A stretch of DNA of 63,889 nt, counting the filler, from a bacterium (GTDB taxonomy: Bacteria > JAMOTN01), in assembly GCA_027062325.1 (NCBI GenBank). It is 3 parts of 3 records of this genome, joined end to end, with 100 filler letters (N's around TTAATTAATTAA, not from the genome) between each part and the next. Parts side by side here need not be neighbours in the genome. Positions count along the whole stretch, not along the records: positions 25,383 to 48,669 come from JAMOTN010000064.1; 2 more parts are not named here. The stretch is one strand, 5' to 3'. Both the position numbers and the translations under genes were made by a program. Numbering within the stretch: position 1 is the first letter of the stretch; every line of letters starts with the position of its first letter. Below the pieces are notes generated by a model, which was not told where the DNA came from, made no database searches, and worked only from the letters and a program-made list of their open reading frames with translations. This document shows, piece after piece, positions 31,850 through 42,906 of the stretch.

Positions 31850-33193
31850 TTAGTTGCAGACCTGCAGTTTTTTGAACTCATCTGCTAAAAGGGAGAATGT
31901 AAACTCTCCTTCTGTAACAACTTCTGCATTGACATAGGCCGTTCCCTTAACTTTGCAAATTCTTGCCTTTTTCATCAACAATTCAACTTCCATAATCAAA
32001 GTATCCCCCGGTTTTACAGGCTTCTTAAAACGAACTTTATCGATTGCTGCAAAAAATGGGGTAATATTCTTCAAATTAAAACTCTTCAAAACAAGCACAC
32101 CAGCACTTTGAGCCAATGCTTCCACTATCAAAACCCCAGGCATTACAGCCCTATGTGGAAAATGTCCTGTAAAAAACGCTTCGTTGCCTGTAACATTCTT
32201 TAGTGTGACAATCTTCTTACCTTCTTCAAAGTCAAGAACTCGATCCACAAGCAAAAATGGATAACGATGTGGCAGCAACTCTTTTATCTCCTCAAAATTC
32301 ATACGCCTCACACACCTCTTTGCCAACCATTTTACTTTTTTAGCAAGAGCAACGTTATACTTATGACCACTTCTTTCCAACAGCCATTTTCCATCTAATT
32401 TGACACCTGCTAAAGATATATCCCCTAAAAAGTCCAAAATTTTGTGACGTACAAACTCATTTTCCCATCGCAGAGAATCTTTAACAACTATCCCGTCCTC
32501 CTTAACAAGGATAGCATTATCTAAACTTGCTCCTTTTATTAACCCCTTCTTCTTCAAAAAACCCAGCTCTTTTTCAAATCCAAAAGTCCTGGCTGGGGCT
32601 ATATCTCTCTTGAAATTCTGCCAGGTTAAATTAAATTTAAAGGTTTGAATTCCTATAGGTGTTCCCCTATAATCCAGCAAAAAACTCACTTCAAAACCAG
32701 GAGAAGGGACATAAGTTGCTTTTACTCTTTTTGATTCATCTTCCACTGATAATGGTGTCAGAAAATACCCTTCACCCTCCACCTTCTCCGCGATAAATTC
32801 TTCTATTCCAACATTGTCAATAGCTTCAGCCATTACTCTAGCACTTCCATCAAAAATCGGAAACTCTTCACCGCGCACAAACTCAATTACAGCACTATTA
32901 ATTCCTGCTGCAAACAGAACAGCCATCAAATGCTCAACGGTATCTATCCTCTCTCCCTCCGAATGCAATGAAGTACCTCTAAAAACGTCAACTACATTAT
33001 CTACATCAGCTTTTATATAAACTCCATTTTTGAGAAACCTTATTTCACCACTTTCATCAGGGTGAATTATCACCCGTGCCTCTTCTCCAGTGTGCATTCC
33101 AATTCCTTCAAATTCAATTTTATCCTTTACAGTTCTAAAAATGCCCTTCCAAAACCTTTTCTTTACATCAAATGGCATATCTTTCACAAGCAT
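31850..33193 (-). CDS. lpxC-fabZ: fused LpxC deacetylase / FabZ dehydratase
   Basis: [29 protein letters not shown], then [27 protein letters not shown] in one frame. Confidence 0.94.
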   Translation of the reverse strand: MLVKDMPFDVKKRFWKGIFRTVKDKIEFEGIGMHTGEEARVIIHPDESGEIRFLKNGVYIKADVDNVVDVFRGTSLHSEGERIDTVEHLMAVLFAAGINSAVIEFVRGEEFPIFDGSARVMAEAIDNVGIEEFIAEKVEGEGYFLTPLSVEDESKRVKATYVPSPGFEVSFLLDYRGTPIGIQTFKFNLTWQNFKRDIAPARTFGFEKELGFLKKKGLIKGASLDNAILVKEDGIVVKDSLRWENEFVRHKILDFLGDISLAGVKLDGKWLLERSGHKYNVALAKKVKWLAKRCVRRMNFEEIKELLPHRYPFLLVDRVLDFEEGKKIVTLKNVTGNEAFFTGHFPHRAVMPGVLIVEALAQSAGVLVLKSFNLKNITPFFAAIDKVRFKKPVKPGDTLIMEVELLMKKARICKVKGTAYVNAEVVTEGEFTFSLLADEFKKLQVCN

Positions 33194-33206
33194 CTCCTCC
33201 AATGAC

Positions 33207-33821
33207 CTAATCAAAGTAAAAGATAAATCCAAAACGCAAGTAGTCCTTATCGTAGTAATCATCTATCTTTACATACTCTAGCTTAATATCCAAACCGTAA
33301 ACAGCTGAAAAATCCAAACCATAATACTTTGTTCCACCTTTACCAAAGTTGACATAAAATTTAACAGTCGGAAAAGGCTCCCATTCAAGTCCACCCATTA
33401 CTCCATAGTCAATCTTATAAACTCGTGAATCCCCAAAGTCAAAGTACTGTTTTCCAACTCCTAACAACATATTAAAAGACTGATCAGTATAAAATTTAAT
33501 AAAAGCTCTGGAAGATTTGTCAGAAAACTGACCTAGTAAATCGAAACTATCAGAGAGAAAATACCTGAAGTTAAAACCAGCGTTCCCTTTATCTTTAGAT
33601 ACAACAAATGCTCTGAGAGTAAAAGTGTCCGTTGACTTTAAAAGAATAGACATTCCCTTCTCGTAGTTTTCTTCATTCTCTGCATCAAATCCCAAGTAAA
33701 AATCCACCCTAGATTCTCCAACCTGGGGAACAACACCATATACATAAGATAAATTGTGAGAATAAACTACAAAATTAGTAAAAAAACACAATAATGCTAA
33801 CACAATTCCCCATTTAAACAC
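33207..33821 (-). CDS. small putative outer-membrane beta-barrel protein
   Basis: Signal peptide; aromatic/Gly alternating strands; ends [10 protein letters not shown]; sits between lpxD and lpxC. Confidence 0.65.
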   Translation of the reverse strand: MFKWGIVLALLCFFTNFVVYSHNLSYVYGVVPQVGESRVDFYLGFDAENEENYEKGMSILLKSTDTFTLRAFVVSKDKGNAGFNFRYFLSDSFDLLGQFSDKSSRAFIKFYTDQSFNMLLGVGKQYFDFGDSRVYKIDYGVMGGLEWEPFPTVKFYVNFGKGGTKYYGLDFSAVYGLDIKLEYVKIDDYYDKDYLRFGFIFYFD

Positions 33822-33862
33822 TAAATTGCCCCCCTTTTCAAACCTCCTCTTATAAATCCCTT

Positions 33863-34951
33863 TTATAAATAATCAGCTTGAGCCAATTCTTTTAAAATTT
33901 TAAACAACTCTGGAAGCTTTTCTAGGACTTTCTGAATTCTCAAAAATTTCATATGAGGAATCGCAGGATACCCAGAAACCGTCTGACCTGCTGGAACATT
34001 ATTTATAACTCCACCTTTAGCTGTAACTGTAACATCATCCCCAATTTCAATATGCCCAGAAACACCACTTTGCCCTGCTAACTTAACTCTGTTTCCAATC
34101 TTAGTACTCCCTGCTATCCCAACTTGAGCCACAATTAAGCACTCATGACCAATTTTTACATTATGGCCAACGTGTACCAAATTATCTATTTTGGTCCCCT
34201 TCCCAATAACAGTATCGCCAAAAGTTCCTCTATCTACCGTGACATTTGCCCCAATTTCTACATCATCTTCTATTACAACTCTACCCCGTTGTGGTATTTT
34301 GTAAAAGCCATCCTCTGCTCTTGTATAACCGTATCCATCAGAGCCTATAACTGTTCCTGAATGAATGATCACTCGATTTCCTATTTTTGAAAATTCGCGA
34401 AGAGTTACATTAGGATAAATTACACAATCTTCTCCGATCTCTACTCCAACTCCTATATAAACATGTGGATATATAATTGTTCCCCTTCCAATCTTTACTC
34501 CACTTTCAATAACTGCAAAATCCCCAATTCGGACATCTTCTCCGATCTCTACATTAGAAGCTATCTTGGCATTTGAGGAAATATCTTTAACTGGATGCTC
34601 AAAAGGATAGAAATGCTCTAACAACTTAGCAAAAGCCAAATCTGCATTCTTGACAACTACGAAAGCACGGGCAACATCTTTTAATGAACCATTGTTTTTT
34701 TCTATATCTGACCACGTTCGTTCCGAAACTATCAAAGCCCCGACTTTTCTACCGTTATCCTTAATTTTTCTCACAACAGAAAGGTCTCTTGCAAAAATCA
34801 CACTCTCCTCATCTGCATTTTCGATAACATCAACTTTAGATAAAACAACATCTTTTTCGCCTACCAAATTTAAAGCTTCAACAATCTCCTGCACTTTAGA
34901 TAAAGTGATAACTTCTCTTGGTTTCCCCTTCAAATCAAACACTTCACACAC
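33863..34951 (-). CDS. lpxD: UDP-3-O-acylglucosamine N-acyltransferase
   Basis: [38 protein letters not shown]. Confidence 0.96.
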   Translation of the reverse strand: MCEVFDLKGKPREVITLSKVQEIVEALNLVGEKDVVLSKVDVIENADEESVIFARDLSVVRKIKDNGRKVGALIVSERTWSDIEKNNGSLKDVARAFVVVKNADLAFAKLLEHFYPFEHPVKDISSNAKIASNVEIGEDVRIGDFAVIESGVKIGRGTIIYPHVYIGVGVEIGEDCVIYPNVTLREFSKIGNRVIIHSGTVIGSDGYGYTRAEDGFYKIPQRGRVVIEDDVEIGANVTVDRGTFGDTVIGKGTKIDNLVHVGHNVKIGHECLIVAQVGIAGSTKIGNRVKLAGQSGVSGHIEIGDDVTVTAKGGVINNVPAGQTVSGYPAIPHMKFLRIQKVLEKLPELFKILKELAQADYL

Positions 34952-35018
34952 CCCTTAAAGCAAATGTATGCCACATCTTTTATTTCAACTATTATTTTCG
35001 GAAGTTTACAACATCATA

Positions 35019-35546
35019 TTACTTCATTACTTTTCCAACATATTTACTGTTCAAAAGTTTTATCAAATCATCAGTAACATCAATTCCACCAAATACCACA
35101 ACTCTTCTATCGAATATGGCAGCCAATCCCTTTTGCTTGGCAAGCTCTTCTGCAGCTTTTATTATTACATCTTCAAGTTTCTTTTCATAATTTCTTCTCA
35201 TTTGATCAAGCTGGGCATACATGCTGTCCCTCATCTGCTGAAGCTGCATTAATCTCTGATATAACTCATCCTCCTTCTTCTTCTTCTCATCCTTACTGAG
35301 CTTTTTATCATTTGCCCAACTATCTCTCCACTTCATAATTTTATCCTGCTCTTGTTTTAGTTGATCTTTAATAGCATTTTCCTTATCTTTCAAATAACTT
35401 ATTACCTTCTGAGTATCCGTATAACTCTGGAAAACTTTGTTAAGCTCAGCATACCCAAACTTAAAACCACCTTTCTTCCCAGCAAATGAAACAAAAGCAA
35501 ACAACACAGCCACTAACAAAACCATCGTCTTCTTCATACTAACCAA
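35019..35546 (-). CDS. skp: OmpH/Skp chaperone
   Basis: Signal peptide, coiled coil, VFGGIDVTDDLIK; lies between bamA and lpxD. Confidence 0.88.
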   Translation of the reverse strand: MVSMKKTMVLLVAVLFAFVSFAGKKGGFKFGYAELNKVFQSYTDTQKVISYLKDKENAIKDQLKQEQDKIMKWRDSWANDKKLSKDEKKKKEDELYQRLMQLQQMRDSMYAQLDQMRRNYEKKLEDVIIKAAEELAKQKGLAAIFDRRVVVFGGIDVTDDLIKLLNSKYVGKVMK

Positions 35547-35552
35547 CCTCCT

Positions 35553-37247
35553 TTAAAACGCATTTCCAAGATTAAAATATGTTCTTGTTTCCCCTTGAGC
35601 CCTTCCTACCTCAAAACGCACCATCCCAATAGGCGTCTTTACTCTTAATCCAAATCCACGCCCTGCCTTAATATCACTATCAGTATCCCACGCATCAGCC
35701 AAATCGTAGAATAGCACAAATTCAAAATTTTTGGCAAACCTCCACCTCAATTCTGAATTGTAAACTAAAGTTCTCTTTCCATTATAAGAGTATTCTTTAT
35801 AACCTCTCAACGTATTAGCACCACCAACATAGAACTTTTCATAAACTGGTATCTCCCCTTCAACCAGAGATATGAATCCATATCGCAATCTCTGGGCTAA
35901 AATGACCTTACTCTTATAGACATCTCGATAGTACTTAAAATCCCAGAAAAATTTTCTGAAACCGTTATCACCTTTCAAAAAATCTCCAGTAAACGTAACG
36001 GTAAATCCCAAACTATATCCCTTTGAAGGCAAAAGCACACTATTAACTGTTCTTCTCAAGAAATCAAGCGACAATCTTTGAACTTCTTCATTATTTGTTG
36101 CCTTATCTCCAAGTTGAGCTATCAACTCATCTGCATCTTCAAGTTCAACCTTTTCATCCGTAAACCTCCATCCAAAATTCCAAGCTCCTTTAAATATTGG
36201 CTTACCAAAATATATGCTGTACCCCCTCCTTTTCTCATCATACTCCAACTTTTCATTCGCATCCGTATAGTAGTCCTTCTTAACTTTGGTGTTATAAAGC
36301 GAAAAGTCAAGTGTTCTCTTTTTCCCCATAAACCAATTATCCGTATAGGAAAACTCATAAGATTTATACCCACCAAATTCAGCTTGAACATAAACACGTT
36401 TCCCCAAACCTCTAAAATTAGTGTCCTCCACCTTGACATAACCTGAAACACCAGTAGCAGAAGAATAACCAACACCAAAAATGGTCACTCCTGTTTTCTC
36501 TTCCTTCACCCTTATCTTTAGCTTAACTTTATTTCCATAAGTAGGTAATATCTGTGGCTCAACCTCTGAAAAATAGCCCAAATCGTAAATCCTCCATAAA
36601 TCTTTTCTAAGCTGTTTCAAATCACAAACGGATCCAGGTCTAAGCTTCATTTCTCTGAGTAAGACAGTTTTCTTGGTTTTTTTCAATCCCTCAAACTCTA
36701 TGCTATCTATGATTATCGGATCAATTAAAACTGCAATCACATCTTTCTCTAAAGGCTTCATTTCAACATTGACCAAAACTCCCTTCTTCTCTTTATACCA
36801 TGAAGCAATAGAGTTAAAAACGCGTTTTAACTCAGCCACATTCAATACTTTTCCCTCAAACCCTTTTATCTTTTTTCTCAAGTCATCTGGTAACTTTCCT
36901 AATTTATCCTTTATAACTACTTTCGCAATTCGGGGATTTTCCCTAACCTCTATTATCAATTTAGATTTTATCTTGCTAACCTTCTTCACACTAACTTCAA
37001 CATAGGAGAACAAACCACTCTGCACTAACTTCTTCTTCACATCTTGAACCGTCAAATAAGTAAGCATATCTCCCTTTTTCAAACCAAGCAGGGACAGAAG
37101 CTTTTCCTTGGGCATAGATTTTAAACCTTTAACTTCAACTGAATCTATTATGCTAACAAAACCCGCAGCCCAAACTCTAGAAGTAAGAAGAAAGGTCACT
37201 AACAACACCAACACCAAATTTGCTCTCCATATTCTCCTCATTTTCAT
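35553..37247 (-). CDS. bamA: compact BamA/Omp85 outer-membrane assembly factor
   Basis: About three POTRA-like units, DTNFRGLG, GGANTLRGY, TPIGMVRFE, C-terminal FNLGNAF. Confidence 0.9.
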   Translation of the reverse strand: MKMRRIWRANLVLVLLVTFLLTSRVWAAGFVSIIDSVEVKGLKSMPKEKLLSLLGLKKGDMLTYLTVQDVKKKLVQSGLFSYVEVSVKKVSKIKSKLIIEVRENPRIAKVVIKDKLGKLPDDLRKKIKGFEGKVLNVAELKRVFNSIASWYKEKKGVLVNVEMKPLEKDVIAVLIDPIIIDSIEFEGLKKTKKTVLLREMKLRPGSVCDLKQLRKDLWRIYDLGYFSEVEPQILPTYGNKVKLKIRVKEEKTGVTIFGVGYSSATGVSGYVKVEDTNFRGLGKRVYVQAEFGGYKSYEFSYTDNWFMGKKRTLDFSLYNTKVKKDYYTDANEKLEYDEKRRGYSIYFGKPIFKGAWNFGWRFTDEKVELEDADELIAQLGDKATNNEEVQRLSLDFLRRTVNSVLLPSKGYSLGFTVTFTGDFLKGDNGFRKFFWDFKYYRDVYKSKVILAQRLRYGFISLVEGEIPVYEKFYVGGANTLRGYKEYSYNGKRTLVYNSELRWRFAKNFEFVLFYDLADAWDTDSDIKAGRGFGLRVKTPIGMVRFEVGRAQGETRTYFNLGNAF

Positions 37248-38493
37248 AGAATACCCTCACACTCCACCTCTTATATGCTTTTACGTCAAACTCTCCTCTC
37301 ATCCATTTCTTATCCTCGTCTTCACTGTAAAACAAACGTAATCTGAATTTCCCAAACCGCCTGCTGAATACCCCACTGAATCTATCTGCAAACTGCCCAA
37401 CTCCAAATCCATTATACGTCATAAAACCATATCCGTCTTCGAATCTTAAAAACTCACCGTAACCAGCAGCAAATTGAACAGGTCCAAGTGCAAACCTACC
37501 CTCTACCTGCCAGGTATTCTCTGAACCACTGAAACTCTCTAGCGAAAAGATTGAATCACTCTCTCCAAAACCTGCTGCAAAATCAGCCATCTTTTCTACA
37601 CCTTTTTTAATATGTTGGACTTCCTCCGTTGAATATTTTAAATTGTATTTCGCCAATAACTCCCTCAACTCATTTCCCGCTCCCTGCCAACTCTTCAATG
37701 CTCCGTTCAAACTTTTCCTCGTAGAAGATAACGTAACTTTCAGTTCCTTCCTAACAGTTTTTAAAGTAACATTTAAATTTTGGGAAACTGAAGAGATATT
37801 TTTTGTCAAGTTAGAACGAAGTATTACCACTTCTCGGCTAACATTCTCCAAAGTTTCCTTTAAAGTCTGTGCTACCTTTTCCAATTTAGAGACAACCCTC
37901 TCCTTTGCCTCAGCTAAGTTCAAGTTTTTCAGATCTTCGCTGAATTTCTTTATATTAGCAGATGTGTCTTCAAAGTTGACTATCATTCCTTTGATTTTTC
38001 CCTTATCAAAGCTAACTACCAGATCCTCAATATGAGAGGATATCTTATTAAGAGATTGCAAAAGATTTTTGCCCTTCTCCATCAATTCGGTAAAATCAAC
38101 CACTTTTGAAGCCTTAATAAGCCTTTTTCCATTCACTTCCAAAACTTTCTCAGCAGTAGCCTCTTCAATGGCCACTCCTTTCTCTCCCATCAAACCTATC
38201 TGAATAAGATAAATTCTCTTCTTTTCTGGGAGCAGAACATCTTTTCTAACTTGCAGTTTTAAGTCAACATAAATTTTACCATCATGCTGTACAAATCCCA
38301 CATTACTTACATAACCAATATTTATTCCCTTTAAATAAACCGGAGTACCTTCCTGAATCCCCGTTGCATCCTCAAAAGCCACTTCCATCGAAGTATATTC
38401 ACCAGCTGGATTAGCCACATATTTAGTACCAATCCACAATGCCAGAACAACTGCTAACGTAACAAATATTCCCAACAGTAAATCCCCTTTCAA
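37177..38493 (-). CDS. mlaD: long MlaD/MCE protein (TM-MCE-helical stalk-beta-rich C-terminus)
   Basis: FEDATGIQEGTPVYLKGINIGYV, GLMGEK. Confidence 0.85.
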   Translation of the reverse strand: MKGDLLLGIFVTLAVVLALWIGTKYVANPAGEYTSMEVAFEDATGIQEGTPVYLKGINIGYVSNVGFVQHDGKIYVDLKLQVRKDVLLPEKKRIYLIQIGLMGEKGVAIEEATAEKVLEVNGKRLIKASKVVDFTELMEKGKNLLQSLNKISSHIEDLVVSFDKGKIKGMIVNFEDTSANIKKFSEDLKNLNLAEAKERVVSKLEKVAQTLKETLENVSREVVILRSNLTKNISSVSQNLNVTLKTVRKELKVTLSSTRKSLNGALKSWQGAGNELRELLAKYNLKYSTEEVQHIKKGVEKMADFAAGFGESDSIFSLESFSGSENTWQVEGRFALGPVQFAAGYGEFLRFEDGYGFMTYNGFGVGQFADRFSGVFSRRFGKFRLRLFYSEDEDKKWMRGEFDVKAYKRWSVRVFYENEENMESKFGVGVVSDLSSYF

Positions 38494-38519
38494 TCTTTAT
38501 CCCTCCTAATTTTATATTT

Positions 38520-39278
38520 CTACACCTCAATTTTCATAGGTCCTTCTGCTTTCCCCTCAACAAACTGGCGAACATAGGGATTATCTGATCTTTTCATTTC
38601 ATCAACTGTCCCATCAAATACAATATTACCACCAAATAAAAGCACTATTCTATCAGCTATTCTAAAAGCACTTTTAACATCATGAGTGATAACCGCAAAC
38701 GTCGTATCAAATTCTTTTTTTAAGAAAAGAATTAATTTGTCAATATTAGCAGTTGTCACAGGATCCAAACCTGTAGTTGGCTCATCCAAAAACGTCAGCA
38801 AAGGATTCGCCACCAAAGTTCTGGCAAGGGCAACACGCCTTCTCATACCACCGGATAACTCATTTGGCATGAGATTTTCAGTTCCTTCCAATCCTAATTT
38901 CTTGAGTATCCAATGAACTTTTTCCTTTATAGCATTAAATCTTTCACCTCTTCTCTCCAACGGAAAAGCAACATTTTCAAATACTGTCATATAGTCAAAT
39001 AACGCCCCTCCCTGAAACAACATTCCTAATTTGGGCCTTACTTTAAACCACTCCTTTTCCGTGTAATTTGTTACCTCCTCATTTTCAAAAAATATGCGCC
39101 CCCTATCAGGCTTCATAAGACCTATCAAATTTTTTATTAAAACGCTCTTTCCACAACCAGATGGTCCCATTATCACTAACAATTCACTTTTCCTGATATC
39201 AATTGTTATTCCCTTCAAAACTTCCTTTTGTCCAAAACTCTTATGGATATCTTCACCTCTTAAAATCACATTCTCCAT
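38520..39278 (-). CDS. mlaF: MlaF ABC ATPase
   Basis: GPSGCGKS, LFQGGALFD, LSGGMRRRVALAR, DEPTTGLDP. Confidence 0.93.
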   Translation of the reverse strand: MENVILRGEDIHKSFGQKEVLKGITIDIRKSELLVIMGPSGCGKSVLIKNLIGLMKPDRGRIFFENEEVTNYTEKEWFKVRPKLGMLFQGGALFDYMTVFENVAFPLERRGERFNAIKEKVHWILKKLGLEGTENLMPNELSGGMRRRVALARTLVANPLLTFLDEPTTGLDPVTTANIDKLILFLKKEFDTTFAVITHDVKSAFRIADRIVLLFGGNIVFDGTVDEMKRSDNPYVRQFVEGKAEGPMKIEV

Positions 39279-39299
39279 CTAAACCTTTCTCACCCTCCA

Positions 39300-40055
39300 T
39301 CAATAGAAAACGAGAGAAAACAACGTAAGCAAATAATTGGCTACAAGGATGGATATAATAGCAGCAACAACCGAAACTGTGGTCCTCTTTCCAACACCCA
39401 TAGCACCACCTTCTGTTTCAAGTCCATTGTAAGAACTAACAACTCCTATCAAAATCCCAAAAACCGCTCCTTTAACCAACGACAAAATTATATCCTTTTG
39501 CATTAAGAGTCTTTTTATACTCTCTGTGTAAGTCACTAGCTCTAACCCAAGCGACTTAACTGCAACAAATGCTCCGCCAATTAAACCAGCAGTAAATGAG
39601 TAAAAAGTCAATATTGGCAGCATGAACATGAGAGCAAGAGTACGGGGAACCGCAAGGTAACTTTCTGGATCAACAGCCATGACCCTTAAAGCATCAACCT
39701 GTTCTGTAATCTTCATACTACCAATCTCAGCAGTAAAAGCACTTCCTATCCTTCCTGCTATAACCATTGCAGTCAAAACAGGAGCCAACTCTCTTGCCAA
39801 AGCAAGAGCTACAACTCCGCCAATGTAACCTGAAGCTCCAACTTTCTGAAACTCATGGCCTGTTTGAACTACCAAAACCATTCCTGCGAAAGTTCCCGTA
39901 ATAAGAACAACTAACCACGATTCAACCCCAACTCTTATCAAGTTGCGCCAGAATTCTTTATACTCCCAGCGCAATGTAAAAAAGTCCCACATTACTTTAA
40001 GAAAAATCCTCGTTGTCCTACCAATTGCACTAATCATATTATCAAGTATAATCAA
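39300..40055 (-). CDS. mlaE: MlaE permease
   Basis: RELAPVLTA, AGRIGS, EIGSMKITEQVDAL, GGAMGVG; start uncertain (40055 or 40037). Confidence 0.93.
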   Translation of the reverse strand: MIILDNMISAIGRTTRIFLKVMWDFFTLRWEYKEFWRNLIRVGVESWLVVLITGTFAGMVLVVQTGHEFQKVGASGYIGGVVALALARELAPVLTAMVIAGRIGSAFTAEIGSMKITEQVDALRVMAVDPESYLAVPRTLALMFMLPILTFYSFTAGLIGGAFVAVKSLGLELVTYTESIKRLLMQKDIILSLVKGAVFGILIGVVSSYNGLETEGGAMGVGKRTTVSVVAAIISILVANYLLTLFSLVFY

Positions 40056-40057
40056 TT

Positions 40058-40486
40058 TTGATGGATATGCAAATGAGAACAGAGTTATTTCTCAAACCAA
40101 AGTTGGAAGAAGTTTCAACTGCTTTGGAGAAGGTAGAAGCAACCATTAGAAGCTTTGTAAAATCATCTGAAAATTTAGGAGAATTTATCATTGCATTGGA
40201 AGAGATACTAGTTAACATAGTAAAATACTCCAAAGCAAGTTATATAAAGTTGGAGTTTGAGTTGAGAGAGGAGAATCGTAAGTGGACAGTATTTTCCATT
40301 TTAATTGATGATGGGGAAGAGGTTCCCAAACATATTTTAGACACTTCTCCTGATCTTTCCCTTCCGCTCAGCAAAAGAAAAATAGGGGGATTAGGATTGT
40401 ACTTTGTAAAGAAATTGATAGATGAGTTCAAGTATGAGCACATAAACGGAGAAAACTTTTGGTTTATGAAGAAATATTTTAGTTAA
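40058..40486 (+). CDS. RsbW-like HATPase_c_2 protein
   Basis: EEILVNIVKYS, DDG, IGGLGLYFV, GEN. Confidence 0.87.
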   Translation: MMDMQMRTELFLKPKLEEVSTALEKVEATIRSFVKSSENLGEFIIALEEILVNIVKYSKASYIKLEFELREENRKWTVFSILIDDGEEVPKHILDTSPDLSLPLSKRKIGGLGLYFVKKLIDEFKYEHINGENFWFMKKYFS

Positions 40487-40487
40487 A

Positions 40488-41720
40488 ATGAGGAGGTTTA
40501 TAACTGTGTATTCTAAACTACCGCTTTTGGCTGTATTCACAACTCTTACTCTACTGATAACAGCCTGTGGTTCTCCCGAAGTTAAAGTAAATCTGGCAAA
40601 CCTAGAAAAAAAGGGTAATCCTCAAGAAAAACAAAAACCTAAAGCTATTGCCAAAACTCACAAAACTTCCACTCACTCCTCCAAGAAATATACGACTGAA
40701 AAGCAGCAAGTAAAAAAAACAACTAAAAAAAATGAAACCGATTATCGTCCCCAAAATTCCAATGACCAAAAGACTAATATTAAAAGTTCAATCTCTTTTA
40801 TCCAATTTTTACTTACAAATTCGTCTCTTGAAAAACTAAAAAATGCGAAAACTTCAACTGAGTCCCAAAAGGCTCTAAAGTACTACTTGATTGCCAAACT
40901 TTCCAAAGCAGAACGAAAACTTTATAAGAAAAAACTTCTAAAACTTGCTAAAAAATCAAAATTTGCTCTCTTTTTAGCCTATCGCTTAGTTCAGAAAAAC
41001 TCAAAAGCTTTCTTGAATGCAATTTCACTGCTTTCCTCCAACCCAACAGATGAGATAGAACAATTTGCTCTATTTATCTTTTTCAAAAGGATAGGAGACG
41101 TAGAACTTGCAAATAAAATATTTAAACTTTGGCCTGAAAAGTTGACAAAAGTAGTTCCCAGTTCCTATCTCCTTTCAAAAAGTGACTCGGTACTTCTTAC
41201 TCCTCGTGTAATAAAAGTTGCTGACATTCCTTATCAAATCCCAAATAGACTCTGGACTTTTTCAATTGATCCAGTCTCTCAAGAGGTCGTCCTTGTCAGA
41301 AAAAATTCCCTGTATCAGGCAGTGGTTTCTATTGAAGATGGAATGTTTATCCCTCAACCAAGTTTTGTCAAAATTTCAGAAGTAGTAAAATACATTACTC
41401 CAACAACAGAAGTTCAAGAATGCGATTTACTAGCAACTGGTTGTATTTTAAAAGGAAATTGGAAATCCAGTAAAGAAGTGTGGATATTAGACTCCTCTAC
41501 GGAAGTTGCAATGCTGAAAATTTCACAAAAAGATAAGACTTTTTTTCAAAACCAAGCTTTCAATCAAATTACTTCTAAGTTTGGAGACACATGGCTAGTT
41601 TCAAAAGATATGAAACTTGCCATAACTAAAAATTCGCTTTATACATTTTCTGTCATACTTAAAAAAGGCAATATGGAAAACGTGATAAACAAAATTCAGA
41701 TAATATCAACCGAACGCTAA
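40488..41720 (+). CDS. hypothetical lipoprotein
   Basis: Lipobox LITAC; Lys/Thr-rich linker. Confidence 0.7.
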   Translation: MRRFITVYSKLPLLAVFTTLTLLITACGSPEVKVNLANLEKKGNPQEKQKPKAIAKTHKTSTHSSKKYTTEKQQVKKTTKKNETDYRPQNSNDQKTNIKSSISFIQFLLTNSSLEKLKNAKTSTESQKALKYYLIAKLSKAERKLYKKKLLKLAKKSKFALFLAYRLVQKNSKAFLNAISLLSSNPTDEIEQFALFIFFKRIGDVELANKIFKLWPEKLTKVVPSSYLLSKSDSVLLTPRVIKVADIPYQIPNRLWTFSIDPVSQEVVLVRKNSLYQAVVSIEDGMFIPQPSFVKISEVVKYITPTTEVQECDLLATGCILKGNWKSSKEVWILDSSTEVAMLKISQKDKTFFQNQAFNQITSKFGDTWLVSKDMKLAITKNSLYTFSVILKKGNMENVINKIQIISTER

Positions 41721-41740
41721 TGCCAAACTTAAAATTTCTT

Positions 41741-42544
41741 CTAATTAAAATAATACAGGTAAACTCCCCAAATCCCTAAATAAGGTTCACAGGAAATAAA
41801 AGAGTCCTCTTCATTGCATTTGCTTAAATAAAATTTTTTATAAAAATTGTACAATTTAGCTCCATCTCCACCTGTAAAAATCACATTCATCACTTTGAAT
41901 TTTTTCATCAAAAAATTAATGTAAGCACAAATAGAGGCAATATATCCCCAATTAACCTGCCACTCCGTAGTCATTCCCAATAAAGCATTTTTATCAGAAA
42001 TACCGAGTTGATCGCTTAAAAAATTAGCCAACAGTCGATGTCCTTTGAAAAAATTACTCACGTAAGCTAAACCCGGTAGAATATTTCCACCTTTGTAAGA
42101 AAAAAATCCACTTTTCTCTCGCACGGCAACTACTACATCCACAGTTATAGCTGTCCCTGCATCAACTATAATGAAAGATTCCTCAAGCTTCATTTTCAGC
42201 ACAGCCCCTAAAATATCGCATACTCTATCTCCCCCCATAGTTTCGTACACACCGTTTATTCCCATTTTTTCTAAAATGCTAGATGGGAATTCTTGAACAA
42301 GTTTCATCTCCACATTTGATAACTCCAGATCTAATTTTCCTTCCAAAAACTTCTTTAATCTGGAGATTCCCAAGCTCTTCTCACTTTTAGAATCTTCTTC
42401 CTCCGTACTAAACCCAGCATCTGTGACCGGGATCATCTTAATCCATTCAAGATTCCCAGCAGCAAAGTAAGCAACCTTCAAATAACTTCCACCTTTATCG
42501 AATACAAGCAAGTCTTTCACCGTTCTGCTCCATCCTCCACACAA
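41741..42544 (-). CDS. coaX: type III pantothenate kinase
   Basis: DKGGS, GGDR, DAGTAITVD, GGNILPG, TGGDG. Confidence 0.88.
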   Translation of the reverse strand: MCGGWSRTVKDLLVFDKGGSYLKVAYFAAGNLEWIKMIPVTDAGFSTEEEDSKSEKSLGISRLKKFLEGKLDLELSNVEMKLVQEFPSSILEKMGINGVYETMGGDRVCDILGAVLKMKLEESFIIVDAGTAITVDVVVAVREKSGFFSYKGGNILPGLAYVSNFFKGHRLLANFLSDQLGISDKNALLGMTTEWQVNWGYIASICAYINFLMKKFKVMNVIFTGGDGAKLYNFYKKFYLSKCNEEDSFISCEPYLGIWGVYLYYFN

Positions 42545-42738
42545 TTAAGAGCTTTTAAAACATCTAAGTGGTCATCTAAGTATTCAACCAGTTTTCCTTT
42601 TACAACTCGAACCCATCCCCCCAAACTGAGTTTTTGGGAAGAAGTAAACTCAAAAGTTCCATCTTCTGTCTCTACATAGTAAAACCAAACTCCGGCTCTT
42701 TTTTTTCTAAAAACAATTTGCCCTGAAAAATTCCTCAT
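42517..42738 (-). CDS. small hypothetical protein
   Basis: 73 aa ORF with GGAGGTG SD, overlapping the coaX start. Confidence 0.65.
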   Translation of the reverse strand: MRNFSGQIVFRKKRAGVWFYYVETEDGTFEFTSSQKLSLGGWVRVVKGKLVEYLDDHLDVLKALNCVEDGAER

Positions 42739-42871
42739 TTATACACCTCCCAAGTATACACCCCCATCTTCAACTATTATATCCCACTCTTCTAAAACCA
42801 TATTCAAAACTATTCATTTAAAATTTACTCTTTTCAAAAGTTACCCATTCTGTTAAAATATATTATGGTTA

Positions 42872-42898
42872 TTAGCATTTACTTTTAGTGGCTGCTAA
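42872..42898. promoter_or_regulatory. CIRCE (HrcA operator), degenerate
   Basis: TTAGCATTT-N9-GGCTGCTAA versus TTAGCACTC-N9-GAGTGCTAA; directly upstream of dnaJ, downstream of TGTTAAAAT. Confidence 0.8.
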
Positions 42899-42906
42899 TT
42901 TTAAAA

